Origin: Glycera tridactyla
Taxonomy: Eukaryota
Direction of reading: 5' to 3'
Assembly (NCBI GenBank): GCA_965644265.1
Contig: OZ286459.1
Coordinates: 131,316,001 to 131,380,000 of the forward strand
DNA length: 64,000 bases
Of this stretch, positions 22,201 to 34,600 are shown one piece after another; position 1 is the stretch's first letter, and every line of letters begins with the position of its first letter. Under the pieces are notes generated by a model. It had not been told where the DNA came from, searched no databases, and saw nothing but the letters and a program-made list of their open reading frames with translations. The position numbers and the translations under genes were made by a program.

Positions 22201-23474
22201 CTGATCTAGTGTTTTATTGCCCCAAACACTGAATATTCTCAATGTTTGCAAACCCCAATAAATGCCGTGCAAGTATTTTATTGAAGACATTTCTTGTTCT
22301 GGGAGATCACCAGCATTTCCATATAAGGAAGGCATATCCAGAAAGTGTCACGGTCACCAGGCAACCATGAGATAGCGTCATGACAGTATATAAAGATGTC
22401 GTTTGAACCACCCAGTTCAAACATCCTTCGGTCGCACAAGAAGAGTTAATCCTGCCACGTCAACACCATATATATATATATATATTGTAAGACGTGGCAA
22501 AAGCACCCGTCCCCAATGCCGGCAAGACCGAGACTGGTTGAAAACAACAACCGCTGTCAGTGACGTCACTGCGTGCGGTTGTTGTGAATGACAACATCCG
22601 TGCACAGTGAACAGTGGCAGAACCAATGATTGAATCAACTGCCATCAGGTGAGAGTTCAGCTAGAACCCCATTTTGACTGTCCACCTATCTCTGTGTGAT
22701 GGAGTGACACAGAGTGTCTCGGTTTCGGCCTCAAAAGGCTTCATCAGTTGCCTGGCCCTAAATATAGTTTAGGAAAGTGGGTAGGCCCCACATATGCTTG
22801 AAAAGTGTGATTGCATATGTACCTATTTTAGATCCCCATCATATTGAAATCGGCCTGATGTAAAATTACACCACAGGGTTCCCCATTCTGTTTAAGTGGG
22901 TTGGAAATGTGGGGTCTACATTGACTTAAGTTGTAGATCCCACATTCCCACGATGACCTCAATGTGGAATTTTCGGTCAAGTCGTCACTGGCATTTAGTT
23001 TTGAGTATTATTCCTCATAATTGCTTTGGTGGCCCTGCCATATGTCACGCCCTGGGTGGGTTATTAATAAAGAATGACGTGGCAAGTACCCAGTGCATGG
23101 CACATTTCAGGGCCACCCCTGCGATTTGACAAAGTTTCTTAGTCAACAGTGGGGTAACTCAAGCGACACTAGAGTTCCAAGTCATAAAAATTTGGTTCTC
23201 TCTTTGTGGTGTTTCCAATTCCTACTGTTGTCTGTTGTAGGTGTTCTGTCTTTTGTGTTCAGTCCCAATAGTAGCATTGTCCTGAGTCTCTGGATCCAAT
23301 TGAATTCCATTTTTTATTTATTTATATGTATATGCTAATTGTCATCATTGGTTTACACCATTGGTTGACATTATTGAATGTTCTCATTAATCACCATCAT
23401 GTATTGAAGTCCTCTGTGGTCATCATTGATTATAATTCCTATGAGACCAAAGATGGGGATAATGTTTTATATTT

Positions 23475-23477
<3 letters not shown>

Positions 23478-23532
<55 letters not shown>

Positions 23533-23538
23533 GTATAT
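23478..23538. repeat. (AT)n microsatellite
   Basis: Directly visible. Confidence 0.95.
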
Positions 23539-24899
23539 GGTTCAACAATTCACAGATAGAGAATGGATGTTGATATGGCAGAAGAATCACCATTTTTACA
23601 ACCGATGAGGACAGCAGATTTCAATAACAAAACGTGACAACCATTTATGACGACAGATGATGACATCCATTGGCAACTGATGCCGACTCTAATCATTGAT
23701 GACGACTGATCAGAACGCCATTGATGACAACAAATGTGATGACAACCAATAACGACCATACAATAGTATCTCCATCTAAGGTCTTTCAGGAATCATAATC
23801 AATGATGACGCAGATGACTTCAATACATGATTGTGATCAAGGAGAACATTCAATACCAATGAGGACAATTAGCATTGATGTGACAGGCCCAACACTAGTG
23901 TCGGGCTCGAAAATGAGGATGCTACTCCTCATTGTTATATAACTATCGATCCATCATGTGATCCAAGAGTAGCCTGTCAGTGGCTCCCGCTAAAAATACA
24001 CGATAAATAATGGCTAGCCAAATAATGTGTGGATATATCATGCAGTGTGTAGCCGTAGACTGCAACCACTGTCCATATATCTCTCCATACATCACTACTG
24101 GTGCGGCTTGACGACATGAACAAAGTGGATACATCACAATATCCTGATGCTACTATCGGAGAATTCTCTACTATAACTCCATGACAACCACTCAGTCGAG
24201 TAGCTGCACGTCTTCTACTAGTTCACGGGGTGAGGGAGGTGTTTTAGGGGATGGGGGTGGGGTGAATATCATGTCATCTCTTTGCATAGATATAACTGGG
24301 ATCATCCGTTTGAAAATTGAAGGACCTATTTATTACTTGGATTAAAAGAATGAGGAAACATAGCTCTGTCACTGGTTGCGTTCCGTACCAACTGATCAGA
24401 GGTCACAGGTCATTCCAACTGCTCCTGAGTTTAGGAAAATGATCATCATCTTTTTTCGATGCATACTGATGACTGAAGTAGTTGCTCTAGATTCTTCTCT
24501 GAGGTCAGAATGACTAAGATATATCTTCTCGTTTGAGTATTGAACGACATAGTCACTAGTGGCATAAAAAGGTTGATAAAAACAACGTTGACACTGATTC
24601 AGATTTATCTCGTCCTTCTTCCACTGCAGAATAACATATACCATGGATGTATTGCCTGAGGAAATTGTCCGACAACTCTACATACGGCTGCAGATTCCCT
24701 CATTTTGTCACCGTTTATTGGTCATTATCTGCATGTCTAACATGGTATCATTTCTCACTGATGGGTTGAAAGTGGTCCTAAGTTTCGCCATCGCAACACC
24801 TATACAAATTACGCCTAGTCTGAAACGTGAACTAGCCTGTTCTCTGCGACTCCAATAGCATCGGCAGGGGAATTAAATTATTTCTCACCGAATGGTCTA

Positions 24900-24952
24900 T
24901 GTTGGTATCTGATGAATGTCTTCATGAGTGATCACGAAGTACAATACCAACA
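24900..24952 (+). ncRNA. Decayed type I hammerhead-like motif
   Basis: Perfect 9-bp stem I (TGTTGGTAT/ATACCAACA) directly flanks CTGATGA...CGAA. The stem III/NUH region is degenerate. Confidence 0.4.
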
Positions 24953-25128
24953 GAATTAACGTGTAATCTGAACATAATGTCTAACATCTCTCCTATCAGT
25001 TTTGGTGTGTTTTTTTGTTAGGTTTATTGCTGTATTTGATATGAACGATTAATAATGGTGATATGCCGTCAATAGACGTTTCTGTACTCAAGCCGAAGTT
25101 GTGTGGGCATTTCTGATAGGGGATTCAG

Positions 25129-25230
25129 ATAGTTGGATGGTTTACGTCCGATGAGCATAGCCCGAGCTATATTGAGACGCCTTGTGAGGGCGATGGGTGT
25201 TATCATTCAGGGCTCATCTTTCCTGCCCTC
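25129..25230 (-). mobile_element. SINE-like 3' fragment, copy 1
   Basis: Clearly homologous to 26546-26645 (gatagttggatg.tttacgtccgat...gagctatattgagacgc...gagggcgatgggtg...attcagggctc). The minus-strand end CGGACGTAAA plus short repeat tail resembles Meta-domain SINE 3' ends (from memory, unverified). Confidence 0.45.
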
Positions 25231-25438
25231 AATTGATAGTGATCACTCACGAAATTTTCGCAAATTGCATATTTTCTCGAGAAAATTAGTCTTATGTCCA
25301 ACATGATGCCATCGCAATAGATGCATTATTAATTCACATAGGATTCAGCTCATCTGTTGACAACACACCATAAGGGATGAGGCAAAGCAATTACCTTTAC
25401 CTTATGTCGCATTTATTACTTTCTTTCCTTTATTGCAG

Positions 25439-25483
25439 GATCATTCTTTCTTCGATGCTGATATCGAATGGGGACTCTGAATC
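25439..25483 (+). pseudogene. Tandem duplicate of the SCYL2 exon at 25604-25648, with an in-frame TGA and no donor
   Basis: 33/45 nt identical to the functional exon (DHSFFDADIEWGL* vs DYSFLEAEIKYGILQ). Intact pyrimidine tract and TTGCAG acceptor. Confidence 0.75.
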
Positions 25484-25603
25484 GAGAAGGCATATGATTT
25501 TATTTCGTAGAGACAAATATTTCAGCCGACGTGACATGATTCATTCATTTCCCTCCTTTCGCATTCAACTGGAATCAATATAAATTTGCTCTCTCTGTTG
25601 CAG

Positions 25604-25648
25604 GATTATTCTTTCTTAGAAGCTGAAATCAAATATGGAATCTTACAG
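25604..25648 (+). CDS. SCYL2: SCYL2-like exon (DYSFLEAEIKYGILQ)
   Basis: TTGCAG| ... CAG|GTACGT, 45 nt, phase 0/0. Confidence 0.9.
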
Positions 25649-28600
25649 GTACGTATTTTTCCCAATTTACCTCTCGGAACAAGATGAACTCACCGTATGT
25701 GCTGTGACATAGTTGCCTGAAAACATTTCTATCGCTTAATGCATATAATCATAACAAGAGCGCCAATGTTCATATCGGAGAATTCGCTCAAACTCATGCA
25801 TTCTCACACATATTCACACAGATGCTGACCCACCTCAGAAATTGACACATTCTCCTATCGGACCAATTTGGCTTTACCAGTTCAAATCGGGGTTGGGCAT
25901 GAATTCAATAGGTTTGCGTTCATAGAATCACTGAGAGCACTATTTCCACTGAGTGAATGTATGTCCAGAAAAGTTGTGCACACGTGGTTTATCATGGAGA
26001 ATCCGAAGAATGGATCAAATCCCTCTTGATGATCCTGCCATATCATAACACTAGCCCCCAATCATGGAAATACGAGGGGACTATTTTGTTGAGCAATGAC
26101 TCTAAATTTACACCTGGTGGATACAATTTTTTCCATCCATCAGTCTAGATACATATACAACCAGAATACATCACAGGGGTAAATTTGTATGACCTGTCAT
26201 GGCGGTGTTGCAAAAAGTAGATTTGACGATGATGTCATAAATGAAGTTGCACAGGAATCGGGGACATACTCCAAGTAAGATATCATTTCGGAAAATATCT
26301 GGACCAGAACATTTGCATTGATGAATGAATTAACATAACGAACTCAGGGGATAGATCTGTCTGAAATATGTCGATATATGTGCTGCAGTAATGTGCGTTG
26401 GGTGCCATGGTTTGAAGCCAGGTGCGTATGTTCATGGAGCATACACCACATCAATAGCCGTACATACAACTCAAACATGTGGCCTTCGGCTTATCCAAGA
26501 TGCGCGCACACATAGCATCACCAGGGTCAGCTGATTGCGGAGTTGGATAGTTGGATGATTTACGTCCGATAATCATCACCTGAGCTATATTGAGACGCTC
26601 TCGTGAGGGTGATGGGTGGTATAATTCAGGGCTCCTGTTTTCGGGCCCTTGACTGAAGGTGAACATTCAGGAGATTCACACACATTCAAGCTGTCAATCC
26701 AGATGTGATAATAAGGAATGATACCGAACAAACTAATAGTCAGAGGAGCGGATGGATTGCTCCATGGGAGGGNNNNNNNNNNNNNNNNNNNNNNNNNNNN
26801 NNNNNNNNNNNNNNNNNNNNNNNNNNNNNNNNNNNNNNNNNNNNNNNNNNNNNNNNNNNNNNNNNNNNNNNNNNNNNNNNNNNNNNNNNNNNNNNNNNNN
26901 NNNNNNNNNNNNNNTGGAAGAACAGGTTAATGATTGCACATCTCGGAAACAAACGAGCGATACGGCAGTGTGATATATCATGGTGTTCTACCGAAGCACA
27001 GTCATTGCCACTGTGGATGCTCCCGAAGAGCCCAATGGCCACCAAACTACTGTTTATGGGTTTACTTACACAAAGTAACAACCTGATGTTCAGTAGTATA
27101 TACGCCTCGTGTTGTGTAATCATAGCTCCAACACACACACAGAACCAGCCTTTCCATCGGCATGTTGCCGATGCCTACTGGTATTGTAGTTTGTGATGCT
27201 CGATGACTGTATTTTCGAGGCTATCCCATTCTCACAAGCACAGAGGGGACTACCTACCCCCCATTCTCACCTTCTTTCGTCTCGTGTATTGGCAGAATAG
27301 AGAAATTGATTTTGTCACTCACGGAATGAACCAATTACAGACACCACTTCACGATGGTATAGATTGGAAATGAAGCAAATGAGAATAATTTCGCCAAAGA
27401 CGAAGGGAACCAATCGCATAAGGTAGTTCAGAAACCCTAATAATACACTGGTTTGATAAGGGTAAATAGCATGTGAACAAAGACTATTCAATATTGCTGG
27501 TTGATATTTCTTTTCTGTTTCAATGAAATCGCCAAGAGCGCGATACATGGTACTTGAGTAGGGGTTTGTGCTGGGGCCATGAAATGCCTGCGGCCTTGTA
27601 ACCATAGAGACGGCAAGGTTGATGGTGGATCGATGGGGGCGGAGGGGGAGGATGCCAGCCGCACAATATGGTGACATCTGCTCAATAGGTTGGACTTGAC
27701 TCGCTCACGGCAATGACTGTGACACTCTTACAGCTGACTGAGTTGCATATTGGGGAGAGCACAGTATCGCACGCAAAACACACCACAAGCTCGCATTATT
27801 CGACAGCACGAAGGCGTTTCTCCCACTAAATCTGCATAGATCTTTCTTCGAGACTGGACCAAATTTCATTTCAGATCACGATCCATCTAGCTTATTCGCT
27901 ACCCCATCATCTCATGATGGTATTCGCTCATTCTCGCTTCATTTCACAAAGACATTCGAATTATAATTCCAAAGTGCAGCAAATCTTTTTCGGTCATCCA
28001 AGTATGATTACACTTCTCAATTCTGTGATGCACTGCTGGAAGTAATCAATAGACTTTTCCAATATTGGAGATTTATTCGTGAAAATCATCAATTTACTTA
28101 TCTTTCTGATATCTCTATATATCAATTCAGTCTTCAGAGATCCCTGCAAGTGTGTCCTACCTGTGAAGCATGGGACGATGAATGTTGTTGTCCCTAGGAA
28201 TAGGAAGAGAATCTCGAAGACAATCTCAATTAATTCTTAAATTCGAGTTATCATCTAATCATGAATCATTTGAACCAAACCTAGGATCATCGCGTTGGAA
28301 TCAATTTATTCAATCGATGATACTCTTCCTGAGCATACTGACTCGATTTTTGATTGCAGCTCTTATTTTGAGATTATGACATTTTTGCATCAATTTTGAC
28401 GTGAACTCTCTTTTTTCCATACGAAATTCGGTCTTGTGAGACATATATCACCTAAGTTGAAATTGTGCCAATGCGAGATTACTAAGCCGTACAGGTGCAC
28501 ACATCTATCAAATATGACCCAAGTGATCCTGCGTAGGCCTGAATATACAAAACTCAGCGGATATTCACTTGTCATTGCCATGGCAACAAGTCCGTGATGA

Positions 28601-31600
28601 CAGGTGCAAACACAATACCAGCTTGAAAATTCTACTTGGAACTGTGACCCTTTTGGCGAAGTGTACTTTTTGGCACTTCATTCTACAACTCTGATTACAT
28701 CCTCTGATTAAATCAACTATATATCGACAGATTCGAGTGCCAACTTGTACTGCATTCATCATTTGTAAATTTGATGAAGGCTTGAAGATGCTGATGGATC
28801 GAGACTCCAAAATGTGCATTTGATATTACTCGGCCATAGTGACCTACATATGAAAAACTTCATAGGGAGTGATGAATTTTGCATGCAACCCATTTTTCGG
28901 CGATCAGGTGATGACGATCCTTCCTAGGGGTCAAGTACTCATCTACGTTAAATAACCTACATGCATGTGCGGTTGACGATAAATGTTTCCAACAACACTG
29001 TTTGATTTGATTTGAAAGAATTTCACCATACTCCAGTGGGGAGGTTCGAGAACCATATCGTCCCCAGTAGGAGTGCAGAAGATATATCTATACAACTGCA
29101 GATGGATTCAGATTAGTAACAGTAATACAAATAATATAGTACAATAATCAAGTTGGTTACATAGATTCTGTACAAAGCAAACAGTTTGAGATTGCAAGCA
29201 GCACAGATAATCTAGATACGTGTTCCGAAATTATGAAGTACATTGATATACTAGCAGCCATCTCAGAGGCGATGTCCTTAGTAAATGCTGACACCATTTC
29301 TTCGTAGTATGCCTTACTTTTGAAGCCGACCTTTGAAGCTGTCTCCAAAGTCATTGCCGGTAGTCATGATGGATTTCAGTGGAGAATAATGACCGAAAGT
29401 TACAACTTGATCTTGCTAACCTACACCTCCATGCATGCATGCCGACTCACCGTGCTTTAGAGGTAGTAAAGGAAGGCAAACAGTGTTAACGACAGATACT
29501 AAACAACGAACGTTCGATAGCCCATATGACCATGCATTCTTTCAGAAGTGTGCAGAAGGCAAACAGGCACTTTTTGTTTGCGGCTGAATAGAAGTCAGTG
29601 AGGTGTCGTTTTACGTGCCAATTAAAACACTCCTGCGCATGACATTTGATGAAAAACACTTTTTGACATTTGACTCTCGGCCGGCACGTTGCAGAATTGC
29701 TCAGTACAAAGCATGACCCTGTGCATGTATTGCAGCATTGTAATGTGTGCACAAGACATCGTTTGTCATACCACTCATCGCGAAGCAAGTACTGCTTTCT
29801 GATATCCATATTCGCCGGACATGATGGATATCCATCACTTGGAAGAGACACAATTGGTGTTTTCTGGTAGCGAACTCCCAGTATTGAGATGAATTTGCGT
29901 AACCAGTTCGTGATTTCCAAGCAAAAAATGGATTGATATGTGAGTGACGTACACACACATGTGCGTACATATACCATACATATCCATCCACTCTCGTTAC
30001 CGGCAGGACAAAAACTGGTACTTGTAAACCAATTCGCAAGAGAATACATTATCCATAGTAACGTTGCTGCGCTTTTCGTGGAACTGGTGGTCGCTACCTC
30101 CATAGTTGCTAAGATCAAGTCACCAGTGCAATGAATACAATTTCTACTTTATATGAAACGACCGATACAGATAGTTGTAAATTCATTTTGATGTTGTTAG
30201 CCAAGGGATTAGATAAAACTATGTACTTCGAGCAGGTAAATGCTTGGTACACTTCAATTATAGTTGAAAAACGCCATTGCGGGGAGAAGAGGAATTCATT
30301 GCTTGGGGGAAGTTCTCGCTTAGTACAAATCTTGCCTAGGACAAGTTCCATTGTACTTTTTGTACTGCTGATGAGACTTGAACTGGTCAAAATATTTACA
30401 TACGGCGCTTTCGACGTCATGGTGTCGTTAATGCACCTCCAGGTGTCACTTTGCTGATGGATTCCATCTGATGTTACCTCAGTGATTCACCTCACCAAAT
30501 GCATCACAATACTCATTGTCTCCTCTCAATGACAGTAGAGAATATAGACTCGATTTCCTTTTGATTGAAGAACTGTTTGTAGATCTGGGTTTTATTTCTG
30601 TATGCCTCTTCAATCCTCAATGTTGCATCTTCAACAAACAGTCAATTATCCAACTATATTCGGGAATGTTCATCAATGGATGAATTTAGCAATTAGGGTG
30701 ATAACATTCCCGATTCGCAAGTAACCCGTTTTGTATGATGTTTTTTTTTCATCTTGCAAGTTTAGATGGTTATTCAAAACGAGTTATTCATACGATTAAA
30801 ATGCTGGTATTCAAATGCATTTCAGAATATCCACCGAAAGAATCGCAGAGATTTTCAGGACTGACTCTTGGTTAGTCGAGTAATGGGCTCAATTTGAGCT
30901 CATCTGATCTCGACGACAAAGTGAAGATCGTGTAAGAGAGACAAACAGAGTCTCAATCAGTATCAATTGCTGTATTTCTATGTATGCTAATTACTTTGAA
31001 TAAAGCATCAATCCATGAATCAGACCAGTATGTTCTGTTAGACGGGTGAGTGAATGAAAGAGGAGAGAATGGAGAATATTCTACAATTACATCCACTCGA
31101 TATATTCACTTTATTTGGCAGACCCTTTTCCTATAGCTTGAAGTGTGGAGATATGCCAGAGCGCATTGGCCAAGGTGCAAGTGATATAGCGTGCAATACG
31201 AAATGTCAGGAGCGATAGTGCTGGCCGGCTAAGATGGATCATGATGTTGTAGGGCGGATGCAGGCCTTCTTAAGTGGCTTCTGTTGATGCAGCTGCTGGC
31301 CATCAACGTCACACTGTTTCATTGTCACATTTCACTGCTTCTCCAGCCTCCTGCATTCATAGTGCGAAGAAAGGGTGACCCACACAAGTGATCTTTGTCA
31401 CTTTGGTCCAATCCATCCAGTTGCAATAGGCTGTTTCATAATTTGGTCTTTCTTCCGTATCGAGTTGCACTTTGGACAAGTTCACCCCCCGCATGAGACA
31501 AGTCAGCAGAAATAATTAGCCAAACCGTTGACCATTCAGATCCCCCCCCCCCCCCGGCCAAATGAATGATACTGTTGGATATGTGAAAATTGGGTGGAAT

Positions 31601-34600
31601 TGGTGCCATACTAGGGGTTTCATCACATTTTCGCGCACTCTTATTCCTAGTACAGTCATGATTTAGGTGTCAGAATATGCGTTCAATCTCAGGTTGGTTC
31701 CAATGGTAATTGGAATTATTAGGTTTAAGAAGGGCAAAGATTTGACATCAGCCGCGTACGCCAGCCATGCAAGTAAATGCACATCAGCATGCACGGGGTG
31801 GGTTTGATGGACCTACCACCTGATACCCAAATAGAATCAGCCACACGGGAACAAGGCCAGATTAGCGATGGACTGANNNNNNNNNNNNNNNNNNNNNNNN
31901 NNNNNNNNNNNNNNNNNNNNNNNNNNNNNNNNNNNNNNNNNNNNNNNNNNNNNNNNNNNNNNNNNNNNNNNNNNNNNNNNNNNNNNNNNNNNNNNNNNNN
32001 NNNNNNNNNNNNNNNNNNNNNNNNNNNNNNNNNNNNNNNNNNNNNNNNNNNNNNNNNNNNNNNNNNNNNNNNNNNNNNNNNNNNNNNNNNNNNNNNNNNN
32101 NNNNNNNNNNNNNNNNNNNNNNNNNNNNNNNNNNNNNNNNNNNNNNNNNNNNNNNNNNNNNNNNNNNNNNNNNNNNNNNNNNNNNNNNNNNNNNNNNNNN
32201 NNCCCCATGACCATCAATAGTCGAGGTCGAAAAGTAGATCGATTCAACAATTTGAGGAAGTACTAAAAGTGGGAAATCCATGATACACTGCTCATCCTAG
32301 ACAAATTGACAATCACCTCGGAATTTCATGCGCTATGGGTTGGAGGCAGACATCATTTGTTTCACTGTATATGTTGGCAATACATTTAACGATGTGATTC
32401 GATGAGTTTATTTGTGGTTATAGAAAAGAAAGGATTGGAAGATATTTGTTTTTTGGCCAGTGTTTTGGTAGATATACGGGTGGCTATATGCTAATGCAAC
32501 CACTATCAGTGATTGAGGGATATCGCGATTCTGAGAGAAACGATCATGAATTGGGACTACCGGCCCAGTTGACAGGGACCGGTGGCAGTCAACATCTGCT
32601 AAGATCAGGGACTCCAGGTGCAGGAATGTGCACTGGACATATTCTTCTCTCGAAGAGGACGACTAATTTGTGTACTACGCCGAGATTGGACATGACCTTT
32701 CACATTGGATGTGTCCATCATCATGTTTTCTTTGCTACACCCTTTATCAACTCTGTCCTCTCTCTGCCTTGGATTGGACGTTCAACTTTGGCGAGTTTTC
32801 AGGGTCAAATATATGGAGATATACTAAGCTGCATAGTATTATATGATAACCCAGTGTATCCCATTCTTCACTTGGGGTTAACAGCCCACAAAACGCACTG
32901 GGGCAGGCCACCTTCACTGTTGGTACCACTAGTAGGATTGGAGATGGTTCCATCAAATCTCTTTGAGTTGCCAGTGGTTGGGTTGGCTCCCCTCAACCAG
33001 TGAGCCTATCACTTCTATGTATAATCATCAGAATCCAGACCGAAAGCCTCCATCACCAAAGTCAGAATTCAAGATCCTGTCTCTCATTTCCCCCTTTCAA
33101 GATTCTGTCTCCCATGAACCCCTTTTCCTATGTGGTCAAGACCCATCAGGATTTTGGTTTCTACTTCGTCCTCTGAGTGTGAGTCAACCTAACCTTCCAG
33201 TTCTACAAGTGTATTTGTTTGTCGGTATCAATAATCTCACCCTTTTGCCAGAAGAATATATGTATGGAATCCGATATGACGAATCATATTCACGAACTAA
33301 CCACTGGTACTAGCGACGATCACTCAGGTGGTCTGTTTGATCGATTTTTGGACTTGGCCAGACAGACAAATGGGCGGATAGACAGACAAACTGGTCGTTC
33401 GCAGGAATCATGATTGATCATTTTCAATGTACCCTGTCATAATGTCAGAGGATCCCGACGGGTGTCAGTTCAAGCCTTCATTGCAATTAGTCCTTCTGAA
33501 GTAGGAATTCGAATATGATCAAAACCATCCGACCAGTTTGGTATCATAAAAATGTACACTTGGAGGCATTTGGATCTCCCTTGAGCTTTTCTGGCCGGTA
33601 TGAGATTAGCAGTGGCCCCACGAGGTTGCCCAGATAAGGTAGACTCATTGATCATTTGGCTGTTTTCAATAGAGGCGTGGCGAGGGGATCAGTTTGGGAT
33701 TGGAGATGGTGACAGAGACTAATGTTCGTAATACGCTAGGTTGCTGATTAGAGGCTATGCCGCCCATACGGATCGAAGGGCTTCCGCATTCGACTCTCTC
33801 GACTCCAGTCACCATCAAACTAAGCCTCATAGTCGCCTATTTCCGCCCTTTTACCTTGGAATCCTTGACTTTCATGCGTACTTCACCATTCATCCAATGC
33901 ATCACGCCTGATTGCTTCTTCTAGGCAAACGTCTCATTTAAGTCCACAACATATTCTGTCATTTCCTTCGAGTGTACTCAGAAATTATTTCCTCCATAAT
34001 GCGCTACTTCAGTCTTGATTCATTTTCACAAAGATGATTACATTGAAAGTTGCCTCTCCATTTGTTTGTCAGAGCAATATATGTCATGATCAGTAGAAAG
34101 TTGGAATGGAGAAGTGTCGTTCATTTTTGTATGATTGTGACATGGTAAGGATTCATCATGGCTGTAGAATCCGAACATAGGGATTAGTAATTGTGCGTTT
34201 ATTGTTCATTAAGGTGGATGATGTGGTGAGCGTTCATTCGGTCTTTTTGATGCATGTCATGATACAATTCAAATGGACAGTCACTTGACACGTAACGCAT
34301 CAGGAAATGTCTCACCAAAGAGCGGATACGATAGGATGAATTTCTTCCCCCTCGTTGGAAAACAAATACTAATACACATATTCAGCTCGGCAGGATGTAC
34401 ACAGGGACAACAAAGTGGCGAAATATTTCGATTCCACGCACGTAAGATTATCTTTAACGAATATGAATGACGTGATCACAATATCACAGTACCTCGAGGT
34501 GTGGTAGCCCAAGTTGATTTGATGCACTTTTGGAAGTCGTATTCGTGAATGAGTGGTGTGTTCTGTTATGAATGTGTTCACGCGCTTGCATCGACCTTTT

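Noticed and set aside
1-25603. 5' exons of the SCYL2-like gene
   Set aside because: I searched by eye for the expected N-lobe peptides (e.g. LAFATEP-like) and found none; they presumably lie upstream of the window or in N blocks.
30362-30404. CTGATGA-GAC...GTC-AAAA hammerhead-like motif
   Set aside because: The conserved G of GAAA is missing and stems I/III are marginal; compatible with chance.
32446-33655. Possible Gypsy/LTR pol relic (185-aa ORF, QTNGRIDR)
   Set aside because: No convincing RT, RNase H or integrase catalytic motifs, and no LTRs or PBS seen.
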